A DNA stretch of 64,000 nt from Camelus ferus (taxonomy: Eukaryota): contig NC_045696.1 of assembly GCF_009834535.1 (NCBI RefSeq), forward strand, positions 83,142,001-83,206,000, given 5' to 3'. The translations under genes were made by a program, and so were the position numbers. Within the stretch, counting starts at the first letter, position 1. Each line of letters begins with the position of its first letter. The notes under the pieces are model-generated. The model worked only from the letters and a program-made list of their open reading frames with translations. It was not told the origin of the DNA and searched no databases. Of the stretch, positions 25,520-39,990 are shown piece by piece.

Positions 25520-27200
25520 TTTGCTTTTATGCAGGGAGAGACTGAATTGAATCTGTAGGTCAGTTCGGGGGATTATTGCCATTCGAACAGTATTAAGTTA
25601 TCCAATCCATGAACATGAGGTGTCTCTCCATTTATTTTAGTATCTAACTTATTTCAACAATGTTTTATAGTTTCCATTAAATATTTTTGCACTCTTTTGT
25701 TAAATTTGTTCCTATGTATTTTATTCTTTTTGATGCTATTGTAAACCAGAATGGCTTCTTAATTTTACTTCCAGATTTTTCATTGCCAATATATAGAAAT
25801 CCAATTGATTTTTATATTTTGATCTTTTATCCTGCAATTTAGCTGAATTTCTTAATTAGTTCTAATAGTTTTTTTTTTTTTTAAAGGTGGATTCCTTACG
25901 ATTTTCTATTATAAGATCCTGTCATCTGCAAATAGAGAAACCTTACGTCCCCCTTTCTAATTTGGATGGCTCCTATTTTCTTGCCTTTTTGATCTGTCTA
26001 GAACTTCTGGTACAATGTTGAATAGAAGTGGAAAGAACAAATGTCCTTGTCTTATTCCTGGTTATAGGGAGAGAGCTTTCAGGATTTCTCTGTTAGGTAT
26101 AATGTCATCTGTGTGTTTTTCCATAGGGTCAGTTTATCAGGTAGAGGAAGTTCTCTTCTATTTCTAGTTTGTTGAGTTCTTTTATCATAAAAGGGAGTTG
26201 GATTTTTTCAAGTATTTTTTTTTTGCACCTATCGAGAGATGGTTTTTTATACAGTATACTACACTACATTAATTGATTTTCAGATGTTGACCCTCTCTTG
26301 ATTTCCTGACATAAATCCTACTTGATCATNNNNNNNNNNNNNNNNNNNNNNNNNNNNNNNNNNNNNNNNNNNNNNNNNNNNNNNNNNNNNNNNNNNNNNN
26401 NNNNNNNNNNNNNNNNNNNNNNNNNNNNNNNNNNNNNNNNNNNNNNNNNNNNNNNNNNNNNNNNNNNNNNNNNNNNNNNNNNNNNNNNTCATGGAATGAG
26501 CTGGGAATTGCTCTCTTCTGTATTTTGGGATAATTTGTAAAGAATATGTACTAATTATACTTTAAATGTTTGGTATAGTTCACCACTGAAACCATCTGGG
26601 CCTGAACTTTTCTTTATGGAAAGTTTTAAAATTACTAATTCTAGCCCTCTTTTTTTTTTTTTTTTACCCCACAGGAGGATGTGTATAGGTCACATGCAAA
26701 TACTATACCATTTTATTTACTTATTTTTACCTTTTTTTAAAATTGAAATCTAGTTGACATACAATATTATGTCGGTTTCAGCTGTACAACATAGTGATTT
26801 GATATTTAAATACATTATGAAATGGTCACTATGATAAGTCTAGCTTTACTTATTATATGTCTAATCAGATTTTCTATATCTTCAAAAGTCAGTTTCTGTA
26901 GTTCTTGTCATCCTAGGAATTTATTCATTTCATCTAAATTATCTAGGTTCGTTGTGATACAGCTGTTCATAGTATTACTTTGCGCTTTTTAAAATTTCCT
27001 TGGGACCAGTAGTGAGGCCCCGCCTTCATTTATGACTTTAGTAATTTAAGTCACCTCTCTTTTTTCCTTTATCAGTCTAGCTAAGCATTTGTCAATTTTA
27101 TCAATGTTTTCAAAGGACCAACTTCTGGTTTGATTTTTTCTCTTGTTTTTCTATTCTCTACTTCATTGATTTCTATTCTAATCTTTATTATCTCCTTCCT
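25520..27200 (-). mobile_element. L1 ORF2 relic (contains an assembly gap)
   Basis: The reverse complement includes the WFFEKINKIDKPLARL-type segment near 27060-27130 and post-RT text (ccaatccatgaacatgaggtgtctctccatttatt). Confidence 0.85.
26330..26488. other. Assembly gap (159 N)
   Basis: N run inside the L1. Confidence 0.99.
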
Positions 27201-27989
27201 CCTTTTCTTATCTTTCCCCATCTTTTTTCTCCTTGTGTTGCTTCTGCTCAGTATCAGCTCTCCATGAAACTCTTATGTTCAAGTATACAGATTCAATCTG
27301 CCCCCCAATTTCACAAAAAATATAATTTGCTGGACCTTTTTGTTTTCGCTTGCTTTCTTGATTGTATCTGTACATTTTGTCACAGGTTAAGAAAATGATG
27401 TTGACCTACACAGCGATGTTTATACCAGAAACTTACTTTCCATATCCTCTACCACCAGCTCTTAAGACAATGGGATAGGTAACTTCTCCTCTTAACTCTA
27501 AAAAGTGAGAGGTCAATTCCACCAGATCTAAGATTGTAAGGTAGATTGCAATATATCTTTGATATGTTCTTCTCATTAACCACCACCCCTGGAAACCTCT
27601 TCTCTAAATTTACTTAATTTCCTGTTGCTCTTAATGCCTTCCTGGTGCCCGAGGTCTCCAACTCTTGAGGGGTTATCCTTCCAGAAAATGGCTACGTATA
27701 ACCTCCCTACAGCAAACCACTGCACTGTCAAAAGTCCCTTCTGTTTTTGAGACTGATTTTAACTGCAAACTTAACCCATATGGATTAGACTCTAGAAGAA
27801 TCATTTTAAAAAAAAATCTCCTACAATGAAGCATTTGGCTATAAACTTGCAGTTTTATTCTTGGTCGCAGACTAGAGGAGGACATTTGAAAGTAGCATGT
27901 GGGACACAAACATTATTTTCAGTCAAGATTCTAATGCTTCTTTTGTGTTTAGAGATAAAGGACAGTGTCCTTTACATGGCAGCATTAAA

Positions 27990-30900
27990 TGGGGCCTGCC
28001 CAAGCATGGATCCTGACCCTGAAAAAGTAGCATGGCTGGACTTACCTTCTACCATAAACAACTAGAAAACCAGGTGAAAACACGTGACACAACAGTTTGT
28101 AAGTATTGGACAACAGAAAGCACAGGAGGTAGAACCATGAGCGAAGAGAAACAAAGCTAAATTACTGCTCTGAGTTTTGCTGGAGGAAATTTCTGGATTA
28201 TAGCACAAGAAAGAGAAACCAAAGGAGAGCTCAATGATTTTCCTAAATTAAAGAGGCAGATCAGAGTTCATGATTGGTAACACAAATAGAATTTGTGGAG
28301 TGTTGCAAAGGGGCTGGGGTGGTGGGAGAGTGTTGTATAGAGGAAAAAAACTCCAGAAATCTATATGATGGTCCTCTTGAACCAAATGCAATTCTGTGTA
28401 TACACGGAACTAAATGTAAATAAATGATCCTTTGACTAAATGTAATTCCGTGTATGCATAGGGTAAATCTCCATGAAGTAAGGCAAAGAATGACACACTG
28501 GAAAGACAAATTAGGATACCTGTTAGCCAAACAATTCCCAGAGCACACAGATAGCCAGGAACCAGTTCTCAGCAGCCAGATTGAAGATACGTCATTAACT
28601 ATATGGGGCATTCAGTAGAGATCCCGGAAGAGCCTGTACCTGTACGTAACTTGGCATCCAGAAAACACGTGCAATACTTTTAAAGGAAAACAACAAAAGC
28701 CAGCACTCAACCATGTAAAATTCATAATGTTCTGTATCACATAAAAATTAATAAACATGCAAAAAGGGTAAGAAATTATGACCCATAACCAGGAGAAAAC
28801 TCATTCAATAAAAACAGACTTAGAAATACTAGTGATGATGAAATCAGCAGATAAGGATACTAAAACGGTACTATAAATAAACCCAATATGCATGAACATT
28901 TGAAGAAAAAAAATCATCTAATAAGGAGAAAAATAGAAGGTATTAAAAGTTACCAAAAGGAATTTCTAGAGAAGAAGAATACAAGATCTGAAATAAAAAT
29001 TTCACTAACTGGGACTAACAGCAGATTACATCATTAGAAAATTACAGAACCTGAAAAACATAACAGTATACATTATCCAAAATGAAGAACAGAAAGGAAA
29101 AAGGGTCCTAAACAATTTAAATAAAGAAAGTGCAGGTGACCAGTAGGACAATATCAAGCAGATATTTGAATTTTAGAAGGAGACTCTCTAGCCAAGAACT
29201 AGGAAAGAGGCAGCCTAACAAGACAGCAAAGTTCTACTAAATAATGCTCTGCTGTGGCCAAACGTCATTTAAAAAAAAATGTAACTCCATCCCGACCCAC
29301 GATACCAAAGGTTGAGTGGTGAGCCCAGACTGTCCCTCTTACCAGGCCGTAATAAGGTATTTTTTCACCTCTCCCTGGTGTGTTATTAGAGGAAACTTTC
29401 ACCACCACTCAGTGATAAGGAGGCCACTCCACCATGGTGTCCATGAAAGCCACATGGGAACAGTAAGAAGGCACATTTATACCTCCTAGCCAAGCAGTGT
29501 CAGTGAAGGCCTCCTGGAGAGCTAAAACTCCCATTCCTGCACAGCAGTAATGAGGTATATGCTCCTTAGGAGCCCTCAGAAGCTAGATAGGAAGCTTGGA
29601 TGTCTACCTCCACTGGGCAATGACAAGGTAGCATCCTCTCCTTTTACTCCTCCCAGAGACGTGTCAAAGAAAACCAACTAAAATAGAAGATTTAAATAAG
29701 GTCCCAAGTCTCATAATACTCAAAATGTCCAGGTTTCAATAGAAAATCACTAATAATGTCAAGGATCAGGAAAATCTCAAAATGATTTAAATAGTCAATC
29801 AGTCAATGCCNNNNNNNNNNNNNNNNNNNNNNNNNNNNNNNNNNNNNNNNNNNNNNNNNNNNNNNNNNNNNNNNNNNNNNNNNNNNNNNNNNNNNNNNNN
29901 NNNNNNNNNNNNNNNNNNNNNNNNNNNNNNNNNNNNNNNNNNNNNNNNNNNNNNNNNNNNNNNNNNNNNNNNNNNNNNNNNNNNNNNNAAGGAAATTTAA
30001 AAAATCAATGAATGGGCTAAAAAAGCAGAATGGAGGGGACAGAGGGAAGAATCAGCAAATGGAAGATAAAACAATAGAAATTACCCAGCTGAACTACAGA
30101 GAGAAAACAAATTGAAAAAGAAAAAAAAAAAAAAAAGGAGCTACAGAGACCTATGTAACTATAACAAAGCTACAACATTGTGTCAATTAAGTCTTAGGGG
30201 ATAGAAGAGAAAAAGTAGGGCTGAAAATATGCTCAAAGAAATAAGGCAAAAATTTTTCCCAAATTTGGCAAAAAAAACTGACATCTATAGATCCAGGAAG
30301 CTGCCTGAAGCCCAAGCAAATCAAACCCAAAGAAATCCACACTAAGACACATCATAGTCAATCTTCTGATAATTAAAGTCAAAGGAAAAATCCTTAAAGC
30401 AACAAGAAAAAAAAAATGACACTTTTCTATAAGAGAAAAATGTAAAATAACACAAGATTTCTCATGGAATCATGGAAACCAGAAGGAAGTGACACCATTT
30501 TCAACTGATCAAAGAAAACAATCCAGAATCTTACATCCAGCAAAATTACCCTGCAGGAATGAAAGAGAAACCAAGATATTCCCACATAAAGGAAAACTAA
30601 GAGAATCTATCTAGAGCAGACTACTCTAGAATAATGTCCTTTTTCTAAACAGAAAGGAAAAAACATTTTTTTAGAAAAAGGAATAGTGGAACATCAGGAG
30701 AGAAAAAAAAAGAACAAGAATGTCAGGAAGAAAGAGCAAGAATAAGAAAAAAAAATATATATATATATACACACACACAATAAACCTCCCTTCCCCTCAT
30801 GAATCCTCTGAATTATACTTAATGACTGAAGCACAACTTATAAGATTGTCTGATGTGGCTCTAAATGCACATATAGGAAACAGTTAAATAATTATATATA

Positions 30901-31600
30901 TAAATGGAGAAGAGTAAAGGGAGAGTAAGTTAAGGTTCCACATTTCATTTGAACTGATAAAATGATGCTACCAGCAGATAAGTTAGTTGTATGTAATTTA
31001 ATATCTGGAGCAACCAGTAAAACGCTAGGTAAACAGATACGTTCAAAACTGTGATGAATAAAACAAAATAGAATTCAAAAAGATGTTATAGTAATGAACA
31101 AGAAGACAAGAAAAAGTTACAGAAAAAAAAAACAGAAACAGCAAACAGGAATGGCAGACAAGCTGTAACATATCAATAATGATATTTATGTAAAAGGTTA
31201 AAATTGTATTACATCAATTAAAAGGTCCATATTTGAAGAGCGAATTAAAAAACATGACCTAACCATATACCGTCTACATGAAACTCATTCCAAATATAAT
31301 GATATAGGCAAGTCAAAAGAAAAGGATGGAAAAAATACATATCATGCAAACATTAATCAAAAAAAAGGAGGAATGGCTATATAAATACCAATTAAAGTCA
31401 ACCTCAATGCAAAGAAAATCGTCAGAGACAGAAAGAGACATTATATATTAATAGAAGGAATAATAAAAGGGTCAGTGCACCAAGAAGGCATAACAATCCC
31501 AAATGTACATGCACCGAATAAGAGAACTGCAAAATATGCAAAGCAAAAGCTGACAGAAATGAAGGAGAAAGAGACAAATTCACAAGATAAACACATACAA
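27990..31600 (+). mobile_element. Old L1M 5' portion (5'UTR, ORF1, inter-ORF, start of endonuclease), degenerate, contains an assembly gap
   Basis: A-rich ORF1-like text (gaaattacccag, aatccacactaagacacatcatagtcaa) and EN-like text (catgacctaaccatataccgtctacatgaaactca...ggatggaaaaaatacatatcatgcaaac). Confidence 0.8.
29811..29988. other. Assembly gap (178 N)
   Basis: N run inside the L1. Confidence 0.99.
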
Positions 31601-31879
31601 ATAAATTGCATTTATATATACCATTAATGAACATATATGGACAATGAAATTTAAAAGGCAAAACTTCTACAATTACTCAATTACAGGACATGTTTTACAT
31701 CTTTGAATAGATTATACACAATTCTTTGAAGGCAGGGACCTGACTCATACAACTTGATCTGCCCATATGTCTAGCATCTATATAGAAGGTGCTTTATGAA
31801 TTGTGGTTTGATGGAAAAAGGATGCAGCTATCAGAAATTTGGTTTTAGGTAGTGGTCTGCCAATTGGTGGAAAATCTAG

Positions 31880-32270
31880 TGTTATCATCCATGACACTTA
31901 ACAGATACACAGGGGTAGACTTCAGATGCATAGCAGTGACTAGGACCATGTCCATGCCCTCCTGGAACATTCATTCTGTGGCGTGAGGGAGACAGTGTAT
32001 GAATAAACCAACAAGAAAAATCATCACAGACTAATGTGAGTGCTGTGAAGGAAATAAACAGGACAATGTGAGAGACCGTAGCTGAAAAGGAGAGCCTGGC
32101 TGGAAAAAAGGTCTCAAGACATTGAGGTAGAAAAGGCATAGCATACTCAAAGAACAACAGGGAGACCTCTTTGGCTGCCCATGTAAGACACTGTGGTCCA
32201 CAATAAGGATTTTGGAATTAATTTAAGTTCAATAGTAAAGCATTGAAGATTTTACATGGAGAAGTGGTAG
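31880..32270 (-). mobile_element. L2 fragment
   Basis: tgagtgctgtgaaggaaataaacaggacaatgtgagaga...aaggattttggaattaatttaag. Confidence 0.6.
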
Positions 32271-35200
32271 GGTCTAAGGTGAAATTCCCAGGTCTCCTGA
32301 GTCTTGATTCAATCATCTTTTTCTCTTTATTAAAGATGGTTAAAATACGTGTATTTTATCAAGAAAATGTTTCATTTCAAAATGGTAGCCCTAAAGCCAC
32401 ATAGGATAAAATCTTTCACTGACTATAATCTTAAATCTCTCAGTACCTTGCATTCTTATGCACAGGTAAGGCATTTCAAATTCAAAAGAAATTGCTGTTT
32501 CTTTCTTAACTTCCTGTGTAACTTGAAGAATGTAAATAAGAAGGTAATTTGGATGTAGGAGTTGGCATGGATTTCACTAAATGCGTTAGTTTAACTGCAG
32601 TGTAAAATAATACGTTGCAATTTAGCTTGAACAGCTTAAACTGACTGGAAATCATCTTAAAGACTTGATTATTAGTCACAATTTTGGAAAATGTTTAAGT
32701 AAAAAACTTTTATTTTATGTATTCCTAGTACAATTTAAAACCTTATTTAGGTTTTTAATAAATATGAGATAAAAATATGATTTAAAAAATCAGAACTTGC
32801 CTATGATTAAAATATTTATTTCAAGTGAGTCTTTGTCATATTCTTCTACTTTTCAAAAGATGTATTGGATAAACAGCCAGAGAGATATTCTTGACTTATT
32901 TGTAAAATTAAATACATACCTGTCTTGCAAACTATATGAGCCAATTTATACTTCTAAATTTTTAAGAAAAACTTCTTTTAGAATCTGTACAAATTTACAC
33001 TGAGGCAGCTAAATGTTATTTAATTACAATCAGTGACACAAATTTCAAGCTCAACCTCAACACCAGAAATTTTTTCTCCCTTAAAGATGCTCTATTATAA
33101 TTTCTCAGATTTTCCAGTGATCAGTCTTATGATAGTTGAAGACAGAAGTATTAAAGATGCCATGGAAAGGACCTGGTTGCTTCCATTCTTAGTGTCAAGG
33201 CCTCCCAATACTCTCAGGTAACACTTTCACAAAATGACTTTCTCAAAAGTATATGTTGGTAATCTCCCTGTACATCCTCATTGGCTCCAGAGCATTTGCT
33301 AAAGGTATTCACCAGTCAGAATCCCTTGACTTCATCTCTCTCTAGATTCTCACTTCTTGACTTTCAAAGATGTCTGAAAGCCAGTGATTCTATTTGTAAG
33401 GTTGAGATATCTATGTTTAACAAACAATTAATGGCTAAACAATGCACATCTTCATATATAAGGGTAGACTGGCATTTTACCAGGGAATACGTTCTAGTCC
33501 AAGAAATGTGTTCCTACTGAAAATTACTTGGCTATATGGGTATATGGATAACAAAATATCCATCTAAAATCCCAATAGCTTCCTTAGCTGTTGTATATTT
33601 GAAATATACATGTTCTCTGTTTGTGCAATAATTCTATGTAGCAGATTTCTGCGACCTTGGCACTTCTCTAGAACAATTCCTAATCTTTCAAACTTTTATT
33701 TTATATCATCTCCTCTTGACTTTTGAAGAAGTCCTTTAGGCTGACTTAGGTGCTATTCACTGGGATTCTAGTAATACGTTACGTACATCTTTACCACTGT
33801 GCACCCTTTATGCATTTGTCTCCCTCACCAGACCATGAGCTTCTTGAAAGCAGGGACCTTTGATTTTTGTATCAAAAAACTCTTCATTTCGAACTTCATA
33901 TACTAGGAACTTGGAAATGTCCCTTGCAGGAAGCAAATGAATGGCAAAGCAACATATGAGAGAATGGTGAAGAAGACAAGCAAATTTTCTATCTAGTGAA
34001 CTACCAAATGACTATCCCAAGCCTGAAAGAAAGAAATCCTCAAAGCAAACACGAGATAAAAGAATCATTTGGTACACGCCCTTTAAAAGGAGACAGAACC
34101 CTCACCCCCACCCGCCGCCAAACCTTTAGATTTTCTTTTTAAGTTTTGCTCATTACTAATATTATTCATTTCCTACTTTCACTATATCTGTTAAAGCCCC
34201 TCAGAGAGTCAAGATTTATTTCGAGCACAGCATTATGGATCCCTTTCATCTAGTCCTAGATAAAATGCAAGAAATCTATTTAGTTCACAGATAGAAGTGC
34301 GGCTGCTGTTGGAGTGTCTACATGCTTAAAGAACTGCACATTCACTTGAAAGGCTAATCCAGACCAACTAGAGTCAGGGCCATTATGAGGCTTACAAGGG
34401 CGCTCAGACATGAAATGCTGGCTGAGAATCTAACCGAGATTCATAATTGACAGCATCTCGGTTTATGGGACAGTGAGATTGTATTCATCAGAGTACAATA
34501 TAAGACTTTGTATTGACTGAACGAAGAAACTAGCCACATCTTCCTATGCCGCTATAGTTTAGTCTAGCTGTCAATTTGGCAGTTCCTGGGCTGCAAATTG
34601 TGGACACTATTGCTTAACATTCATGTCTGCTTCACATCCCAGCAGTGGCAGTTCACCATCTACTATCGTGTTTCCTAACTGCAGTCCAGCCCAGCTGGAG
34701 AGCCAATTTCCAACACAATTGCAGCCAGCTCTGACAAGAGGTCTGGTAGTCAAATGTCACATTCTCTGAGGTACTTGGAGACTATCTGCTTTGTGAGGCA
34801 TTAATAGATGCAATGAGAAATCCAGTGGACAGAAACTGAACATTTTTTTAAAGTTAAGTATATTATTTTAAAAATTCTCTTCTTTCAAAATTGCTATAAT
34901 AATTATTGTCTAGAATATTCAGGTTGACATTTAATATGTTAAATGCCATGTTTCAAAATGGCAGAGAGAAAAGATCAAAGAGATGAGTTTGTCACCTGAC
35001 TCTGCCAAGGCCACTAGCTAGGTGACCTTGGGACAGCCACTTCTAGGAATTTTAAGCCCTTTATCTATAAAAAAAGCATAACAACAACTATTTCAAGGGG
35101 TAAATACTAAGTGGATTACTGTATGTAAAGGAACTAACACAGCATTTGGAATATTGAAGACACTCAGTAGAAGTGAGGCATTATTAGTGAAACTACAGTA

Positions 35201-35904
35201 AAGAAAGTTGAAACAGACAAACAATCTGTTGGCATCAGAAAGAGAGATTTGGGAATTTAACATGTTTGAAGTAAAACAACCGTGAGTGGTATGAAATCCA
35301 GAGTGTATGAGGCTTGTGTGTAGCTAAACCTGACTGGGGTCGAGGGAATTAAAAAAAAAAAAAAAAAACTTTATGTAGCGAGTTAAAAGAATCAAGACAA
35401 ATACTAAAATCAGCAAAAGTACTTACTAAGTGTAAGACACCGGGAGAGAGAGATGAGTACGCTATTCCCACCCCGCTCGTGGAACTTACACTATGTGGGG
35501 AGACGAACAAGTACAGACAAATGGGAAAAGAAGTAGAAAGAGAAGATCAAGCATTAGAAAAAGAACCAGACCAAGGAAGAATAGGGTCTCAAAACCCAAA
35601 GGAAGAAACTTTCAAGAAGGAAGTCAAGTGCAAGCTGGGTTGATTGCTGAGAGAGTGAGACTCAAAGGAAAAAAGGGTGGGTAGCATGTTAGGAGTGCTT
35701 GCTTTGTGCTAAGCCCAGTTTCAGGCACTTCTCATACATCATTCCAGGAAGATAAGGAAAAATATTTAATGAAAGGTAGCAGGGAACAAGGAGATGATCT
35801 GAAGAGATAATAACTCTGAGCTACATTTGGAAATCTTTGACAAATAGTAAAAATGATTATCATTATGGATTAATAATTATTAAAATTATGGATAATAAGT
35901 ACAC

Positions 35905-36120
35905 AGGGCTTAATATGTTCCAGGAATGGTTGCAAGTGCTTTACATGCATTCATTTAATCTTCACAACAACTCAATGAAGTAGGGACAATTTAAACAACC
36001 ATTTTATAGATAAAGAAACTGAGGCAGAAAATGTATTCAAGGTCCCAAAGCTAAAAAGTGACCGAACTGGGATTTGTGGAAAAAACAGAGCTTCAAACTG
36101 AAGCGGCTGGATTCCGAGGC
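35905..36120 (-). mobile_element. MIR SINE
   Basis: catttaatcttcacaacaactcaatgaagtagg...tagataaagaaactgaggca. Confidence 0.8.
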
Positions 36121-36589
36121 ATGTTTCTTCACCCCTGCTCTATATTGGAGAAGAGGCCTGGGTTCTGTTGGGATGGCTATTGAAGCGGGGCACTTTCAAA
36201 GATAAGTTGTAAAGGGCAGTGTGTATCCAGATGACGAGGGCTTCAGAAGATACGGGATGAGACAGAATTAAAGCTGGACAACAATGATAAATAAAGAGGA
36301 CAGAACAGCCAAGGGGGACATGGGGTTTTGTTCCTGGGAGATGGTAGAAACAGCATTAAAGAAAAATTTGAGGGTACACAGGATTTGATTCCTAAAACTC
36401 AGTAAGCAAGCATTGAGTGCCAGCAACGTAAGGCCCTGGGAAGTTTACACTGGACAGAGTATACGTGGTCTGAGCACAGGCTTTGGTATCATCAGTAACT
36501 GAATTCCAGCCCTGACTGTCAAGGAACAGCATTGTCCCTAACTCTGCAGCTGAAAATTACTCCTCTCTCTTTAGGGTTCTAGCAAATTT

Positions 36590-36800
36590 TTGTGAGTCAC
36601 GCAACTTACTAAATTCTTTGCATGCATTAATTATCTAATCTTCATTCACAACTCTATGACATATGTATGATTATTATGCCCAAATCACAAATGAGGAAAT
36701 ACTAATGAGTCTAAATTAACAGCTTATCATCACAGTGAATGAGGGGGCTGGGATTCCAACCCAGATCTATCTCTGATCCCATAGTCCTTTATACCACTAG
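36590..36800 (-). mobile_element. MIR SINE
   Basis: aatcttcattcacaactctatga...aatgaggaaa...ctgggattccaacccagatct. Confidence 0.65.
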
Positions 36801-37276
36801 GGCGTACAACTTCTTTAATAACCAGGCATTACCATGAGAAAAAATAGGTTTGAGGATTTTGAACAAAATCCTCAGTTATGGTGCATGCATACAGGAAGGC
36901 AGGAGGTTGTGAACAAAGGCAGCAGTGGCAATTGGAGTATTTGAAACTGAGTAAGGGGGTAGCACCAATCCCAAGGACTCAGTTGGAGTGCTGACCAGGG
37001 AAAACTTATCCCAGAGTTGTGAGCAATTTTTTTTTTTTTTTAATGGAGGCACTTGCTGGTTAGGTGGCTGAGGTAAGAGATGTGCATAAGGGATTTGGAG
37101 AGAATTCAATAACACTGGATCATTTCAAAAGTGAGAACAATGAAAATGGATCTGCGTTGTTTAGCTTTTCCCAAAGGTGGAAATTATTTCACAAGAATTT
37201 TCTTTCTAATGTGCAGAAGAAATGTTGGAATATTGGTTTATAAATTGGGATCCTACATTTTTCAAGGAAAGTCAAA

Positions 37277-37325
37277 TGTGTGCGTGTATATATATACACA
37301 CACACACACACACACATACATACAG
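37277..37325. repeat. (TG)(TA)(CA)n dinucleotide microsatellite
   Basis: Directly visible. Confidence 0.9.
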
Positions 37326-38214
37326 ATGCTAGAGCTTTTATTTAAATTTTTGGTTAGGAAAATGTTAAAATACAAAAAGCTCAAAAGTTTCCAAAGTGCT
37401 ACTGTAGCTTATTATCTGCCATCAATAATTTCCATGTAAAGGCATTTCCAGGCTTACCAATATTGAAAACAGGCTCACTTGGAAATTCTATTAAAGCAAC
37501 GGTAGATATAACTCCTTGATATATTTTCAAAAGGTACAATAGGTCAACGAAGATCATTTGACCTCAATCCTCCAGTATGTCATTTATTCAGCTTCTAGAT
37601 GATCTCTGTAATTCAAAATATTCAGGCAAACATTTCCTTAGGTCAAATATCAGAAAACTAGGAAATAGAAGACACTTTCCAGATCTGGACTAGTCAGTCA
37701 TCAACCCCATACTGAAAGCCTATTATATATGCAAGGCACCTGTGCTTTAAAGATTTTGTCACATTTAAATTCATATGAATCATCTTTCAGACTTCCAAAA
37801 CAGTTCATAACTCTAAGGTCAGGACAGGATTATCAGGCTTGTTTCCCACAAGTTACACAGTGGTGATGTGATTTGCTGGGAATCAAAAAAGGATTTGAAT
37901 TTAGTGCTCTATTGCTTCCAGTTTTCAGTCTATGAGTGTGTTAGACTGAACTGCCTTAAGATTTAAATTTGCGTGAAAATTTGGTGCCATAAATTGTGCA
38001 AATAAACCCTGAACTCTTAACAATTTCAATCACAGGAATTTATCTTAAGGAAATTATCATATTGGGAGCAAAGATTTATCTGTAAGAATACTTATTGCAA
38101 TTTTCTTTAAAATAATTAGAAGTGCAAGCTCAATTATCCTACATCAGGATATTGAAATAGTGCAATTATAAAAAACAATAGTATGCCATGCATTATACAG
38201 TCAGCTTGATAAAT

Positions 38215-38450
38215 CTTGGGTTCCAGAGTTCCAGTTCCTGGGTTCAAATCCTGCTTCTGCCGCTTTCATGCTATGAAATCTTGGACCAATTACCCAACCT
38301 CTACTGTGCTCTATTTCCTCCTTTGTAAATGGGGATGGTAACAGTGCCTACTTTATAAGATTGCTGTGAATTTAAATAAGTCAATGCATATAAATGCACT
38401 TTTCAGTGGTGTCTGACCCAAAGGTAATTCTAAATAAATGTAAGCTACAA
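38215..38450 (+). mobile_element. MIR SINE
   Basis: cctgggttcaaatcctgcttctgcc...ttcctcctttgtaaatggggatggtaacagtgcctac. Confidence 0.8.
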
Positions 38451-39149
38451 TTATAGTGCAGTCATTAAGCATCATATATAAAAAGCTAAATTTTTATAAT
38501 TAAATTTGTTATATGAAATAATGTTTAAAGTATTTTAATAATGCAAATTTTATAATAGAAGGTATAGTATATGCTTATTTTATTTATTTATGTAAATAAA
38601 ATACTTGAAAAAATATAAACCAATATGTTAAAAACTGTTACTTCTGGGTGATTTCTATGATTTTTCTTTTGTGTTATTTTATTATGCATTTTTTCCAAAT
38701 TTCCTTCAATGAATACATATTGCTTTTATAACAGAAAGGGTAAAGTGATAAAAATAAAATAAATCGCTGGACATATACTGATCCATGACAAACTTAAAAG
38801 GACCTCAGTAGAAGTTGCTGCTTTCAGTTTGTCAATACTTCCTGAGATAAGAGATGCTAATGACACCAAAAAGACCACAGGGAGAGGAGAGGTGTGGAGG
38901 GGGACTCAGAGTAGTCAGTATAAAGTAATAGAATTTGAGGCTGGGGACAGTAAGAGCAAGCAGTCAATGTCTACTGAAAACACAAAAGGTGCAGTTTCAA
39001 CACCAAGATCTCTACCACTGAAGTAGGAAACAATTATTTTTAACGACCTGGAAACACAGTGATTTTACTTTGAGTTACATCTGCAAGCCCCTGATTAAAT
39101 TCATTAACCTCTTGATGCTTTCTTTGAGGTGATTTTTATTTTCAGTTCA

Positions 39150-39990
39150 GTTTTAGATGTCACTGCAGGGTTTGGGCAGGTCCATTCCCATTATTTCTGT
39201 GAATATGCTTCCTATCCCTTTCTCTCTCTTTTCTCCTTCTGGGACCCTTATAATGCAAATGTTAGTACACTTGATGTTGGACCAGAGGTTTCTTAAACTT
39301 GTCTCATTTTTAAAAATTATTTTTTCTTTTGGCTCTTCCAACGAGGTAACACTGTTCAAGTGTCTTCCAGATCACTGATCTGTTCTTCTGTATCCTCTAA
39401 CCTGCTGTTGATTCCTTCTAGTATATTTTTTTATTTCAGTTGTATTCTTCCATTCTGATTGGTTCTTGTTTATATTTCCTATGTTTTTGTTGAAGTTCTC
39501 ACTGAGTCCATTCATTCTTCACTTGAGTTGTGTGAGCATCTTTATGACTGCGATTTTGAACTCTTTATCTGGTATATTACTTACCTCCACTTCCTTCAGT
39601 TCTTTCCCTGAGGTTTCGTCTTATCTTTTTGTTGGGAAGTTATTCCTTTGTCTCCTCAATTTGTCTAACTCTCTGTGTTTGTTTCTATATATTAGGTATA
39701 TCAGCTGTGATCCCTAAATATGTGGCTTGAGATAGAAAATGCCCTGCGGGGCCCAGGGGTGCAATCTCCCTTGGTCATCAGAGCCACGTGTGCCCTCTTG
39801 TTGTGGTTGGGCTGCAATTGATGTGGATATGCTGGTGGGCTGGGCCGGCCCTTGGCCCAGCTGACTTTGTGGCTCAGCTGTGGCTTCTGTGGACACCCTG
39901 GTGGTCAGGGCTGGGCCTGGCCCAACTGCCATTTGGCATTTTCACACCCATTTGTGTGGTGTTATGCTCAATGTCTACTTCTTCCCCTTG
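39150..39990 (-). mobile_element. L1 5'UTR/ORF1 fragment
   Basis: ORF 39153-39359 translates NETSLRNLWSNIKCTNICIIRVPEGEKREKGIGSIFTEIM, matching the conserved L1 ORF1p segment. Confidence 0.88.

Noticed and set aside
25520-31600. Divergent L1 pair as a single twin-primed element or dsRNA source
   Set aside because: The two pieces cover different parts of L1 (mid ORF2 vs 5'UTR-ORF1-EN), are not complementary, and are separated by unrelated sequence; more simply two insertions.
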